Source of the DNA: Cyanobacteria bacterium auto_48_18
Lineage (GTDB): Bacteria; Cyanobacteriota; Vampirovibrionia; Obscuribacterales; Obscuribacteraceae
Assembly: GCA_036170915.1 (NCBI GenBank)
Contig: JAVHQC010000030.1
Span: forward strand, 66,421 to 130,420
DNA: 64,000 nt
Direction of reading: 5' to 3'
Shown here: one piece after another, positions 19,485 through 30,372 of the stretch
Position numbering within the stretch: position 1 is the first letter of the stretch
How the letters are laid out: each line of letters opens with the position of its first letter
Notes under the pieces: model-generated
What the model was told of the DNA's origin: nothing
Database searches by the model: none
Seen by the model: the letters and a program-made list of their open reading frames with translations, nothing else
Translations under genes and position numbers: made by a program

Positions 19485-21227
19485 TTATACAGCATTAACT
19501 TGATGCACAAGCACTTGCACTGTGGGTTTAGCCGAAAGTCTCTGTCGCAAAGCTTTTATCACGGCTTCTCTGACACTAGATCGCAAGGCCACAGTAACAT
19601 CGTCACTTTTATTGTTCGGTTTGGTGCGCGTTACTGCTTCTCTAATGATGCCATCAAGTTCTTGTTGCATGGTAGCCCATTCGTTAGAGCGCAAGAAGCC
19701 CGACGCGCCGACTTCCACAGTGGGGCCTGTGACAATTTCACCACTGGCGGTGACAGTTAAACCGATAGTGACAACGCCCTCTAGACTGAGGATGCGTCTT
19801 TCGTTCACTGAGGCTGTGGTGACCCGCTCACCTTGCTCTCGATTGAATAAAACCGGCTGGAAAGCAATGGAGCCTGCAATAGAGCCAATGCCGCGGCTGA
19901 TTTCAAGCATATCGCCATTGGTCAAAACAAAAATATTGCTTTCGTCTAAACCAAAAGCTGCGGCAATTTCACCATGCTGAGTAATGTGGCGCCCCTCGCC
20001 AATTGCTGGTGCAAAATAGCGGGGCTTTGTGACTGAAAGCATCAGCTTCAATTCTTCTTTCGATGCATGCTTCGATACGTGCACGCCAGGCTTTTGACCC
20101 CATAACACTTTTACGTTTTTCAAAAGCAATTCGTCGAGAATGTGCGCCATATGTCTGGCACGGCCCGGCAACACGTCACTGGAGAATATGATGGTGTCAC
20201 CATCTTTGACGGTAATTGTAGGATGGCGATCATAGGCGATGTCATCTAAAACATTGATAGGATCTGACTCTGTTGTACTGGCAATCACCAGAACTTCTTC
20301 ATTTTTCATATTGCCCAGCGCGTTGATAGACCCTTCAATGGCGCGGTCAAAAATCAGATTTCCGGTGATGGTGGCACTAACGGCAATTTTGTGGAAAGTA
20401 TCACCAAGCAAAATCACTTTGCGATTGGTTATGGCAGCCACATCAAACAAAATTTGCAGCCTGTGAGTATTGGTGCCAGGCATCACAACAATAACGCGCC
20501 CGGACGCCTCGCTGATAATTTCTTCCATGGCTTGTGCCACTACTTTCTCAGACAAAGTGTAGCCGCCCGCCTCGACATTGGCTGAGTCTGAAATTAGCAG
20601 AGTGACACCCTCATCACCGATGGTGGCAAGTCGGCCCACATCAAGAAGGGTGTGGTCAACTGGTGTCTGATCAAACTTGAAGCTAGAAGTGTAGATAATC
20701 GTGCCGGCATCGCAAGTAATTCGCAAAGCGCAAGCATCAGCAATAGCATTGTTACTGACAATCCATTCCACTTCAAATGGGCCCACCTGATAACTTTTTT
20801 TCACCTCAATCTCTTCCATGGCGGGAACCGGCCGCACGGCGGCAGTGTCACTGGAATCGCTGGAGCTATAGAGGTCGTAGACATTTTGCTTGAAGAGCTC
20901 GGCCACAAAGCGCGGCGCTAAAATGCGAGGAAAACTAACGTGATGGGTGAGATAAGTAAGGGCGCCCGCATGCTCTTCATGGCCATTGGTGAGCAACAGT
21001 GCTGTAATTTTGTCTTGATTGGCTTCAAGAAAAGATGAATTGGGCAAAAGTAAGTCGACCCCAGGTAGTTCGCGGGCCGGATACCCTGCTCCGGCGTCTA
21101 CCACGATAATTTCGCCCTGGTAGATGAAGAGCCACATCACCTGCCCCAGTTCGCCCTGACCGCCCACCGGCACTGCATAGAGGGCATGATAATCGAGTTC
21201 AGGCCAGGTAGTTAAGAAGTCGCTCAC
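19485..21227 (-). CDS. rnj: Ribonuclease J family protein with degenerate catalytic motifs
   Basis: GGQGELG, PGVDLLLP, FKFDQTP and ERRILSLEGVV; full MBL/beta-CASP architecture with the metal ligands substituted. Confidence 0.85.
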   Translation of the reverse strand: MSDFLTTWPELDYHALYAVPVGGQGELGQVMWLFIYQGEIIVVDAGAGYPARELPGVDLLLPNSSFLEANQDKITALLLTNGHEEHAGALTYLTHHVSFPRILAPRFVAELFKQNVYDLYSSSDSSDTAAVRPVPAMEEIEVKKSYQVGPFEVEWIVSNNAIADACALRITCDAGTIIYTSSFKFDQTPVDHTLLDVGRLATIGDEGVTLLISDSANVEAGGYTLSEKVVAQAMEEIISEASGRVIVVMPGTNTHRLQILFDVAAITNRKVILLGDTFHKIAVSATITGNLIFDRAIEGSINALGNMKNEEVLVIASTTESDPINVLDDIAYDRHPTITVKDGDTIIFSSDVLPGRARHMAHILDELLLKNVKVLWGQKPGVHVSKHASKEELKLMLSVTKPRYFAPAIGEGRHITQHGEIAAAFGLDESNIFVLTNGDMLEISRGIGSIAGSIAFQPVLFNREQGERVTTASVNERRILSLEGVVTIGLTVTASGEIVTGPTVEVGASGFLRSNEWATMQQELDGIIREAVTRTKPNNKSDDVTVALRSSVREAVIKALRQRLSAKPTVQVLVHQVNAV

Positions 21228-21364
21228 GAGTGTTTCCTGTGAAATTCAGCTAAATAAAGAAGGTCTTGCTACCAATCAATTTTATAGCTGTCGGACAGAA
21301 GAATGGAAAGAAGATCAAATTTGTAAGAATAGAAAGTAAAATCAGACACACAGGAAAATTGACT

Positions 21365-22963
21365 ATGCAAGAGGCGAAGATGCAGGCACAAGCTAGCAAA
21401 GAGAGTCAGATAGACCTCCTTTTAAAACCAGGCAGCGCTAAAGAGGGTTTTGCCGCCACTGGCAAACCGGCCATAATTCAAGTCTTGCCCGGGGGCAAAC
21501 TGAGAGAAATCGGCCACAGCGAGCTCGAGAAGCTGATTGGCCAGGCTGAAACTTTACTCAGCGAAGCCGGCGTCAAGCTCGGCGATAAAGTGATTATGAC
21601 CTCACCCAATAGCCCAGAGCTGCTGGCCACCATACTGGCAACCTGGCGCCTCGGGGCCGTGGCCGTGCCAATAGATTTTCGCCTCACCGAAGGCGAACTG
21701 GCCAATGTCGCTAAATCGCCCGCCATTAGTGCAAGCGCTGTGCTTGTCTTCAAGCCTCTAATTAAAGACTATGCTGCGTTAGAGACAAATTTGCAAAGCG
21801 GCAGCGGAAATATTTTCTTGTCTGACCTTAGCGCTCTGCATAATTGCGTTGAGAAAAAGCGGTCTCAAACGGACGCCGCCAGTGATTTTAAAGATTTGAA
21901 AGATCCGGCTTTTCTGATTCTCACATCAGGCACCACAGGTACACCCAAAGGGGCATTGCACGATTTAAGCAGCCTGCTCAGCAATTTAACAGAACTGGGT
22001 GAAATGGCTGATTTTTGCAAAGATCTAAAAGTGCTGCTGCCGGTGCCAATCTCGCATGTACTCGGACTGGAAGTGATGATGATTGCCCTGCTTTACGGCA
22101 GCACGGTCATTTTTTCAGAGATGACTGTCGAAGGAATAATTGCCGCCAACAATCAATTTAAACCAGAATTCATGGTGGGCGTGCCCACCATATATGGTGC
22201 CTTTGTCGCTCTTCCTCAAGGCTCTGTCGACTTGAGCAATTCTCGTGTGCTTCTCTGTGGTGGTGCGCCACTGCCCCCATCGCTGGCCGCCGATTTCCAC
22301 ACCCGCTTTAATAAGCGCCTCAATAATGGTTATGGCTCAACCGAATCAAAAATCATCGCCGTCAATTTAGAAGGCCCTGACGAATCAGTAGGCAAAGTGG
22401 TGCCGGCGGTGCAAATAAAAATTCTAGGCGATCAGGGCCAAGAAATGCCTGAGGGAGAATCTGGAGAAATTGTCATTTGCGGCTCCACTCTCATGCTTGG
22501 TTACATCGGCCAACCTGAGGCCACCAGTGCGGTGATTCATGATGGTGGCTATTACACAGGTGACATCGGTCACATGCAGGACGGCTATCTTTATATTTCC
22601 GGACGGGCCAAAGAATTGATTATCGTGGCCGGCAACAAAGTCTTTCCGGCCGAAGTGGAAGGGGTTTTGCGCTCAAACGACCTTGTGCACGAAGTGGCGG
22701 TAATTGGCGTTCCCCACAGCAAATTGGGGCAGATAGTCAAAGCGCATATTGTGGTTGAAGCCGGCGAATGGTCAAAACCACTGGACAGTGAAAATGCCGA
22801 AGAGAAAAAAGAAGCGCGGCAAAAGCTGATTCAGGCTATGCGTGAGTATTGTGCTGCCAATTTAAAGCGTGAACTGCGCCCGATGGAATGGGAGTTTTAC
22901 AGCTGTGAATATATTTTACCGCGCACTTCCGCCGGCAAAATTGATAAGAAGCAACTGAAATAA
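21365..22963 (+). CDS. AMP-binding acyl-CoA synthetase family protein
   Basis: LTSGTTGTPKG, GYGSTE, YTGDIG, GRAKELII, PRTSAGKIDK. Confidence 0.9.
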   Translation: MQEAKMQAQASKESQIDLLLKPGSAKEGFAATGKPAIIQVLPGGKLREIGHSELEKLIGQAETLLSEAGVKLGDKVIMTSPNSPELLATILATWRLGAVAVPIDFRLTEGELANVAKSPAISASAVLVFKPLIKDYAALETNLQSGSGNIFLSDLSALHNCVEKKRSQTDAASDFKDLKDPAFLILTSGTTGTPKGALHDLSSLLSNLTELGEMADFCKDLKVLLPVPISHVLGLEVMMIALLYGSTVIFSEMTVEGIIAANNQFKPEFMVGVPTIYGAFVALPQGSVDLSNSRVLLCGGAPLPPSLAADFHTRFNKRLNNGYGSTESKIIAVNLEGPDESVGKVVPAVQIKILGDQGQEMPEGESGEIVICGSTLMLGYIGQPEATSAVIHDGGYYTGDIGHMQDGYLYISGRAKELIIVAGNKVFPAEVEGVLRSNDLVHEVAVIGVPHSKLGQIVKAHIVVEAGEWSKPLDSENAEEKKEARQKLIQAMREYCAANLKRELRPMEWEFYSCEYILPRTSAGKIDKKQLK

Positions 22964-22965
22964 AA

Positions 22966-24336
22966 TCAATTTATTTTTGACAGCCGCTCAAAATAATCCA
23001 CGAACATGCGCATTCCGCCGCTGGCTTGCTGCCAATCGAAGTTTTCATTGATGGCATGATAACCGTGCTCAGGCAGGGATAAACCTAAAAAGACAATCGG
23101 CACTTGCATGATTTCTTGCATACTGACGACGGCACCGATTGACCCGCCTTCTCTGGTGAAAGCGGCTTCTTTGCCAAAGCCGGCTTTCATGGCCGCTTTG
23201 GCCGCCAAATTGAATGGCCCGCTGAATTCGCCGATGAAAGGCTTTAACGTACCTTCGCGCACCAGCTCAACATCACTATTTTTCGAGCGCACAAAAGCCT
23301 CCACCTGGTCGATTATTTTAGCCGGATCTTGGTCAGGCACCAGACGCATGCTAATTTTCGCTTCTGCTTGATGAGGAATAATGGTCTTTACGCCAGGCCC
23401 AGCGTAACCGCCGGTGATACCATGTACTTCAAAGGTAGGCTTCGCCCAGATGCGAGCACTAGCCTCCCTGGCATCTTCAGTACGGGTGTGCAGAAGCTCA
23501 TGAGCTTTCTTAAAATTATCCACGGCAAAACCGGAAGCAACAAAATTAGAGAGTTCTTCTTCATTGACTGGCCGCACGTCGTCATAGAAACCAGGAATTT
23601 TAACTTCGCCGCTCCTAGCATCAAAGCATTGTGCAATCAAATCACAAAGCTCAGCGATAGGATTGCGAGCCAGGCCACCGGTAGTACCTGAATGAACATC
23701 TTTAACACCGGTTTTCAATTTGAAAAGAAAACCCTGCAACCCTCGCAGTCCATAGGGAATGGCTGGTCGCTCGCGAGAAACCCAGATGGTATCTGATACC
23801 ACAATTGAGTTAGTGGAAAGCTCATCAATGTTGCCTTCGAGAAACTGGGCAAACGACGGGCTGCCGATTTCTTCTTCCAGTTCCCAAATAAATTTGATAT
23901 TGATTGGCACGCCCAGTTTACGAACGTATGCAGCAGCATACATGACAGACAGCGCTGGACCTTTGTCGTCTGTGGTGCCCCGGCCGCGATAAACACCGTC
24001 TTCAATTTGCATGTCGAATGGCGGCGTTTGCCACTCAGCGGCGTCGGCAGGCTGCACATCAAGATGGTTATAAACAGTCACTGTAGGAAATTCTTTGCCG
24101 GCATGAAACTCACCCACAACCACAGGTTGACCGGCAGTGCTCACAATTTTGGCCGAGGCGCCCTGCTCTTTCAGCAGTTGCACCGCTAATTCGGCGGTCT
24201 GCAGCATCTCGGCTTTGCGGTCTGGCTCCATGCTGACGCTGGCCAAATTCACCAATTTTCTCAAATTGCTTTCGTACTCACCGCGCAGCGATTCAGCGTA
24301 TGCCGAGACTTTTTCGAGATTGCATTCGACGTTCAT
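22966..24336 (-). CDS. M20 family metallo-dipeptidase
   Basis: YNHLDVQP, GRGTTDDKG, EEEIGS, DVHSG, HAINE. Confidence 0.9.
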   Translation of the reverse strand: MNVECNLEKVSAYAESLRGEYESNLRKLVNLASVSMEPDRKAEMLQTAELAVQLLKEQGASAKIVSTAGQPVVVGEFHAGKEFPTVTVYNHLDVQPADAAEWQTPPFDMQIEDGVYRGRGTTDDKGPALSVMYAAAYVRKLGVPINIKFIWELEEEIGSPSFAQFLEGNIDELSTNSIVVSDTIWVSRERPAIPYGLRGLQGFLFKLKTGVKDVHSGTTGGLARNPIAELCDLIAQCFDARSGEVKIPGFYDDVRPVNEEELSNFVASGFAVDNFKKAHELLHTRTEDAREASARIWAKPTFEVHGITGGYAGPGVKTIIPHQAEAKISMRLVPDQDPAKIIDQVEAFVRSKNSDVELVREGTLKPFIGEFSGPFNLAAKAAMKAGFGKEAAFTREGGSIGAVVSMQEIMQVPIVFLGLSLPEHGYHAINENFDWQQASGGMRMFVDYFERLSKIN

Positions 24337-24398
24337 AACACTCCAAATTTACCCAAGGTAATTATAGGAGGTTAGAAGAAAACTTAGAACGAATATAA

Positions 24399-24971
24399 CT
24401 AGGCGACTACTGCTGGCTTATCAAGCTGGGCAAATACTCTTTGCATACTTGCCACAAATTTAGGGCTTTCTAGGAAACCTGAAACTTTGAAAACTGGTGT
24501 GATGTTTCCGCCTTTCACTGTCAATACAGACACCGATGGGTAACCTTCAATATTGCAAAGCTCGGCTAATTTTTTGCCATCAGCGTTGTTTGAAGGCGTA
24601 ACCCGCAAAAATATGGCATCTTTGGCAATGGCACTTGTGCTTGATTTTTCGAGCTCTTGGCCGAAAAGCTTGCACCAACCGCAGCGGTCTTCTTGAAAAA
24701 CCACAACCAGTGGTTTGCCTTCTGCCTGAGCCCTGGTAAATGCTGATTTGACGTCGGTTTGCCATTCAATTTGAGAAATATTTTGCTCGACCGATTTCGA
24801 TCCTTCGAATGGTCTAATTAATTTAACAGCGAGTTGCTGGCTCAGTACTTCTCTTGCTGAATCACTGGACTTGCCGGAATATTCCAAAGCATTTGATGCC
24901 AAAATTTCAGGACGTGCCATTTTTATAGATATCCTCGCCGGAGAAACCTGAGCTGTTTGACAGCTCGACAA
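24399..24971 (-). CDS. Thioredoxin-fold protein
   Basis: AQAEGKPLVVVF..RCGWCK and cis-Pro GYPS. Start uncertain. Confidence 0.75.
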   Translation of the reverse strand: MSSCQTAQVSPARISIKMARPEILASNALEYSGKSSDSAREVLSQQLAVKLIRPFEGSKSVEQNISQIEWQTDVKSAFTRAQAEGKPLVVVFQEDRCGWCKLFGQELEKSSTSAIAKDAIFLRVTPSNNADGKKLAELCNIEGYPSVSVLTVKGGNITPVFKVSGFLESPKFVASMQRVFAQLDKPAVVA

Positions 24972-25026
24972 AGGTATCTACACGGTCATTAAGAAAGCTG
25001 GACAGCTAAGCTAAGATTCAAAGATT

Positions 25027-25064
25027 AAAACGCAGAGAAATTTGCGCAAATCTCTCTGCGTTTT
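25027..25064. terminator. Intrinsic terminator hairpin
   Basis: aaaacgcagaga...tctctgcgtttt inverted repeat downstream of the saccharopine dehydrogenase gene. Confidence 0.65.
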
Positions 25065-25130
25065 GGCAATGCGTATTCAAAAGGTCACGGGCGCCGACCA
25101 GTTTTTTTTAAGCCGTTTACTAAACAGACG

Positions 25131-26297
25131 CTATTTAATCTGCACAGGAGCTCTTTCACTCATCTGCATCTGAATACCCCGGGCATCCATTTCAGCCAGG
25201 AAAAGCTTACAGGGCACGGTGGTCTCCTGGCGCAAAACTCCCCGCTCAGTAATGTCACCGCGCGCAATCATCTGCGCCACGATTGAAGCAGGAAATGCGG
25301 TCATGCGCATCATGGCCGTGAGACCAGCAGCTTGATCGGCATAGTCGATACAATCCCAGATAATCTGCACCGGTTTTTTCTCTCTCAGCCCTGAAACCAT
25401 TACCCGCACAAGCACCACATCAGGCTCGTCTTTAGGCAATTTATCCGACAGCAATTTGAACAATAAATCACGAGGAATCTGCATACCTGAAGCAGTTTCC
25501 ACAGGCTCTTTCGACATCATGCCCATGTCTTTCAAAGTATGCATAATGTCGCAGTGACCAGGATAGCGAATGGTTTTGTAGTCTAAATGCTGCACGCGTC
25601 CTAGATAGCTTTGCGGTAATGTGGAAATGCCGCCTGATGTATTGAACGCTTCCATGGTGCCGAATGGGCGCGGAAACTCAATTGATTCATTGTCAGACAA
25701 TGATGGCACTGAAAATATTTTACCGTCGCGAATGACTGTGCAGTCTTCGTAGTACTCGTTTATCAAGCCATCGATAGAAAATACCTGGCAATAGTCCATA
25801 AAACAATCATCAGGATTGGCAGGTAAGCCACCTACTCTCAGGCGAATATCATAAATTTCGTCAAGACTTTCAGCGGCACTGACGGCTAGCAGTGACACCA
25901 TACCTGGTGCCAGACCAAGATCAGGAATAATGGTTACACCCTGCTCTTTTGCTAACTCGTCTAGAGCAAATTCTTTAGCGACAATTTCTTCGTTGCCACC
26001 AAGATCGATAAAGTGAGTTTTAGTGGCCAGGGCAATTTTGGCCAGTTCATAATTATGTTTGTAAGTGATGCAGCTTACGGCCACATCAATTTCGCCCATC
26101 AATTGCGCCAGCTCGTCGGTATTTGTAACGTCTAGTTCAACCGGGATAATTTTGTCGTCAGATAGTCGCTTGACTAGCTCTTTGAGGTTGTCGGTGTTGG
26201 CGTCGGCCACAACCACTCTCTCAACTTTGGCACCGCGAATGAGATCGTAAGCTACTGCATAGCCCATCTTTCCGGCACCTAGAACTAGAAATTTCAC
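25131..26297 (-). CDS. Saccharopine dehydrogenase / lysine 6-dehydrogenase family
   Basis: VLGAGKMG, DLGGN, DLGLAPG, GLINEY, YKTIRYPGH, AMMRMTAFP. Confidence 0.88.
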   Translation of the reverse strand: MKFLVLGAGKMGYAVAYDLIRGAKVERVVVADANTDNLKELVKRLSDDKIIPVELDVTNTDELAQLMGEIDVAVSCITYKHNYELAKIALATKTHFIDLGGNEEIVAKEFALDELAKEQGVTIIPDLGLAPGMVSLLAVSAAESLDEIYDIRLRVGGLPANPDDCFMDYCQVFSIDGLINEYYEDCTVIRDGKIFSVPSLSDNESIEFPRPFGTMEAFNTSGGISTLPQSYLGRVQHLDYKTIRYPGHCDIMHTLKDMGMMSKEPVETASGMQIPRDLLFKLLSDKLPKDEPDVVLVRVMVSGLREKKPVQIIWDCIDYADQAAGLTAMMRMTAFPASIVAQMIARGDITERGVLRQETTVPCKLFLAEMDARGIQMQMSERAPVQIK

Positions 26298-26351
26298 AAT
26301 TCACCTCGAACTAAAACTAGTGGTTGGCATCTTAAGCCGACAATAATACTA

Positions 26352-27140
26352 CTAATAAGTTGAGCGGCGTTTACCACCGTCAACACAGATAGTGGAACCA
26401 GTGACATAAGCAGCCTGCACCGAAGCAAGGAAAGTTACCACGGCGGCAAACTCTTCAGGAGTGCCGAGTCGGCCACAAGGAATGTGCTTCAAATATTCAC
26501 GGGTATACTCTTCTTTGCTCTGTCCACTTTTAGCCACTCGCGCGGTCATCAAATCGGTCAATCGGTCAGTAGCAATTGCTCCGGGAGCCACACAATTAAC
26601 GGTTACGCCACTTGCAGCCAATTCGTCGGCCAGACTCTTAAGCATGGCAGTCACAGCAGCTCGCAGTGAATTAGAAATAGCCAGACCGGCGATGGGCTCC
26701 ATCACAGATAGTGATGTAACGCATAACACCCGACCAAAGCCCCTCTCTTTCATACCAGGCACAAAAGCACAATTAAGTTCGGCTACTGATTGGAAAAGTT
26801 GCTCGAAACCAGCTTGCCAGTCATCATGACTAGTATTGGCTGTGTCACTAGGTTTGGGGCCGCCTACATTGTGCACCAGAATATCAATGCCGCCCACAGT
26901 TTTATTCACATACTCTATAAGTGCTTTGCGGCTCTCGCTCTTGCTCAAATCAGAACTAAAAATATGCAGCGGAGTATTCTTACGCCAGAGTCCGGCAGCC
27001 AGGGCCTCCAGATTACCTTGATCGCGGCTTGCCGCCACAATTTCCACACCTTCCGCGCCGAGTGCCTGAACCACTGCCCGGCCAATGCCTTTTGACGCAC
27101 CGGTGACAAGAGCTTTTTTACCGCGAATACCAAGATCCAT
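26352..27140 (-). CDS. SDR family oxidoreductase
   Basis: TGASKGIG, DILVHNVGGP, GRLGTPEE, VDGG; atypical SxxxR in place of YxxxK. Confidence 0.88.
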   Translation of the reverse strand: MDLGIRGKKALVTGASKGIGRAVVQALGAEGVEIVAASRDQGNLEALAAGLWRKNTPLHIFSSDLSKSESRKALIEYVNKTVGGIDILVHNVGGPKPSDTANTSHDDWQAGFEQLFQSVAELNCAFVPGMKERGFGRVLCVTSLSVMEPIAGLAISNSLRAAVTAMLKSLADELAASGVTVNCVAPGAIATDRLTDLMTARVAKSGQSKEEYTREYLKHIPCGRLGTPEEFAAVVTFLASVQAAYVTGSTICVDGGKRRSTY

Positions 27141-27148
27141 TTTCTTGC

Positions 27149-28624
27149 CTATATTTTGTATTTGTACGAAATTGTTTTTGCCTCGGAGAAAAATTCGAGG
27201 CTGTAGCGGCCGCCTTCGCGGCCCATACCAGAAGATTTCTGGCCACCAAAAGGTGTTCTCAAATCACGAGCAAACCAGGTGTTAATCCAGATCATACCAG
27301 CGCGAATTTTTGCACTGGCACGCTCAAGGCGATCGATATCTTTGCTCCACACCGAAGCCGAAAGACCATATGGTGTGGCATTAGCAAGTTCAATCGCTTC
27401 TTCTTCACTATCAAAAGGAAGTATTGGTAGAGCCGGCCCAAATATTTCTTCTTGCAAAAAGCGCGATTGAATTTTAAGCCCAGTAAAAACGGAAGGGCTG
27501 AGAAAATTACCTTCGCCAAGCTCAGTCAATCGCTCACCGCCACACTGGAGCTGCCCTTCAGCTTTTCCGATGGCTAGATACGACTGCACTTTTTCCATGT
27601 GCTCGCGCGAAATAAGCGCACCCATATCAGTGTCTTTGCTGAGTGGATCACCTACTCTAATTTTCTGCACTCGCTCTACAATTTTTTCCACTACTTGATC
27701 GTAGACTTTTCGCTCAACAAATAACCGAGAACCAGCCAGGCAAATCTGGCCTTGATTACGAAAAGCAGCTCTCACAGCAGTGGGAATAGCATCGTCGAGA
27801 TCAGCGTCAGCAAATACTATGTTGGCACCCTTGCCACCTAATTCGAATGAGAGCTTCTTCAAAGTAGCGCTGGCAGCTTGCATGATAGCGCGGCCAGTGG
27901 AAGTTTCACCCGTGAAAGAAATGGAGCGCACGTCGGTGTGACGAGTCAGGGCTTCACCGGCACCACCAGCGCCGAAACCCTGCACGATATTAAAGACTCC
28001 CGGCGGCAAGCCGGCCTCTTGCATCACTTCAGCCAGCAAGAACGCCGTATATGGTGTCCACTCTGCCGGCTTGAGCACAATGGTATTGCCCATAACCAGA
28101 GCCGGGGCTATCTTCCATGTAGCCAGATAAAGCGGCAAATTCCAGGGCGTTATTAAACCACAAACGCCCAGTGGCTCACGCACAGCTATGTGCCTTTCCC
28201 CAGGCGCTGTGCTGAATGTTTCTTCCACATAGCTGGCGGCAAAATCGGCAAAAAATTGAAAATTGAAAGCTGATCGTGGAATGTCACCGTCAAAACTTTC
28301 GTTGATTGGTTTGCCTGAATCAGTACTTTCAGCAACAGCAAATTGCTCGCGCCTTTGCAAAATCAATGCGCCGATTTTACGCAGAACATCACAACGCTCA
28401 CGCATGGAAAGACGGGGCCAAGGGCCTTTTTCAAAAGCATTACGAGCGGCAGCCACAGCTCTGTCGATATCGTCGGTGGTGCCCAGTGCCACCAGTCCGT
28501 GTACTTTGCCTGTGGCTGGATTAATAGTCTCGAAAGTTTCTTTGCTCGACCCGCTTTGAAATTTTCCATCGATAAAATGTTCGATAGATATGAGCGAATT
28601 AGCCACAGCACCAGATCTAGACAT
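27149..28624 (-). CDS. Aldehyde dehydrogenase (2-amino/2-hydroxymuconate semialdehyde dehydrogenase-like)
   Basis: PWNLPLYL, SFTGETSTG, FELGGK, NQGQICLAGSR, EEIFGP, RDLRTPFGG. Confidence 0.88.
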   Translation of the reverse strand: MSRSGAVANSLISIEHFIDGKFQSGSSKETFETINPATGKVHGLVALGTTDDIDRAVAAARNAFEKGPWPRLSMRERCDVLRKIGALILQRREQFAVAESTDSGKPINESFDGDIPRSAFNFQFFADFAASYVEETFSTAPGERHIAVREPLGVCGLITPWNLPLYLATWKIAPALVMGNTIVLKPAEWTPYTAFLLAEVMQEAGLPPGVFNIVQGFGAGGAGEALTRHTDVRSISFTGETSTGRAIMQAASATLKKLSFELGGKGANIVFADADLDDAIPTAVRAAFRNQGQICLAGSRLFVERKVYDQVVEKIVERVQKIRVGDPLSKDTDMGALISREHMEKVQSYLAIGKAEGQLQCGGERLTELGEGNFLSPSVFTGLKIQSRFLQEEIFGPALPILPFDSEEEAIELANATPYGLSASVWSKDIDRLERASAKIRAGMIWINTWFARDLRTPFGGQKSSGMGREGGRYSLEFFSEAKTISYKYKI

Positions 28625-28636
28625 ATTTTCCTCGCC

Positions 28637-29080
28637 TTAAGATGCGGTTGTAAAAGCAGCTATAGCCTTGATTTCAATAAAGTTGCGCCCTGGCAATTTT
28701 GCCACTTGCACAGTGGTGCGGCATGGTGGCACTGCCATGGCGAAATAGCGGCTATAAACCCTGTTGTATTTTTCAAAGTCGGCCATATCTGCTAAAAACA
28801 CCGTCACGTCCACAACATCGGTATAGCCAAGGCCCGCTGCTTTCAAAACTGTGCCAAGGTTTTCAAGCACTCCTTGAGTTTGTACCTCAATATCGTATGC
28901 CAAAATTTCGCCTGCCGGGCCCAGAGTCAAACCCGCTTCTATCCCAGTCTCGACGTTGCGACAGCCTTGACCAGAAATAAAGAGCAAATTGCCCACCTGT
29001 AAAGCATGCGAATAATTGCCCAGAGGGCTGGGAGCGGAAGTACCACATTTAACTACGGTTTTAATAGAGGGCTCTGCCAT
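28637..29080 (-). CDS. RidA family deaminase (2-aminomuconate deaminase-like)
   Basis: PLGNYSHA, LFISGQ, PCRTTVQV, IEIKAIA. Confidence 0.88.
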   Translation of the reverse strand: MAEPSIKTVVKCGTSAPSPLGNYSHALQVGNLLFISGQGCRNVETGIEAGLTLGPAGEILAYDIEVQTQGVLENLGTVLKAAGLGYTDVVDVTVFLADMADFEKYNRVYSRYFAMAVPPCRTTVQVAKLPGRNFIEIKAIAAFTTAS

Positions 29081-29248
29081 TTTTTCTTACAACCATTACT
29101 TACAACAACTCAGTTTTTACACCATCAGATAGCCGAGAGAGCAGCTTGAAGCGAATTTATTAAGGTAAGAAATGGAGCCTGGCATGTTTGCACTTGAAGC
29201 TGCGAGAATTAGCAGCAAGAAAGCAAAGCTCACTAAAAAGACATCACT

Positions 29249-30364
29249 ATGACTCAAACCGAGACCCTCACTATGGCAACCACAACCGGCCACGATCTGC
29301 CCTGGCAGCCGATTTTTACCATTGAGCGCAGCGGTCGCAAAGAAGTTACCGTATACGGCATTGTCGCACTGGTCGAGGGTCTAGGCTCAATCACATCCAC
29401 TACGCAGTCAATCAATGCGGTACGGCCCATTACCGAACTCGGTGACACCTCATATCAGGTGTGGAGCCGTTCAACTTTGAAACCATGGCAACTGCTTCAA
29501 CATCTGGATATTCTCAAAAATCATTATCCGGCTTTAACTGACGAGCATCTCGCTCTCTGCATGGCCTCGCACAGTGCCGAGCCACGTCATATTGAAATGC
29601 TGCAAGAAATTATTGCCATCACCGGCGCCAGCGAAGATCAATTGAAATGCCCGGCAGCAGCGCCTTTGTCAAGTGAAACTAGAGAAATGATTGGCGACGG
29701 TGAAAAAGCCAGGCGACGTTATCACAACTGCAGCGGCAAACACATCGGTTATCTCTCTGCCATCAAAGCAGTTGGTGCCAATCCTGAAAATTATTTGCTA
29801 GAGAGCGAAGCACACCATGTGCGCTTAAGAAAGATACTGGCAGAACTAGTCAACCGTCCGCTGGAAAGTTTGCTTAGCACCACTGATGGTTGCCAGCTAC
29901 CAAACTATGCTCTTTCCGTGTACGAACTGGCTTATCTTTATCAGAGTCTTCTAAGCCCGTTGCCGGTGGCATTCGCCGATAAGCAAATTGAAGAATGCGC
30001 CGCCTCATACAAACAACTTGGCCAACTGATGCGTCAGCATCCACGTGCCATTTCAGGCGGCGGCAGAGTCGACTATCGTTTGATCTCAGAAGATTTATTC
30101 GGTCCGACATTTGCGCCGATTGTGGCAAAAGAAGGTGCCGACGGTCTTCTAGGAGTGGGCATTGGTGCTTGCGAGCGCTACCCAAATGGTCTTGGGCTTT
30201 GTATCAAGTTATCGTCTGGCTTTGATAATCGCCATATGGAGCTTATTGTCAAAGAAGTATTGAAAAAGCTGCAGCTAATTGGCCCTCGCAAAGAGATGCG
30301 TAAAGTGCCAAGAGAAGTAAAAACTGATCATATAAAAACTCATTTCCATTTTAAAGTTGTTTAG
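29249..30364 (+). CDS. Class 3 (Rhizobium-type) L-asparaginase family protein
   Basis: RSTLKP, SHSAE, NCSGKH, TDGC, AKEGADG. Confidence 0.85.
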   Translation: MTQTETLTMATTTGHDLPWQPIFTIERSGRKEVTVYGIVALVEGLGSITSTTQSINAVRPITELGDTSYQVWSRSTLKPWQLLQHLDILKNHYPALTDEHLALCMASHSAEPRHIEMLQEIIAITGASEDQLKCPAAAPLSSETREMIGDGEKARRRYHNCSGKHIGYLSAIKAVGANPENYLLESEAHHVRLRKILAELVNRPLESLLSTTDGCQLPNYALSVYELAYLYQSLLSPLPVAFADKQIEECAASYKQLGQLMRQHPRAISGGGRVDYRLISEDLFGPTFAPIVAKEGADGLLGVGIGACERYPNGLGLCIKLSSGFDNRHMELIVKEVLKKLQLIGPRKEMRKVPREVKTDHIKTHFHFKVV

Positions 30365-30372
30365 AAGTATTT

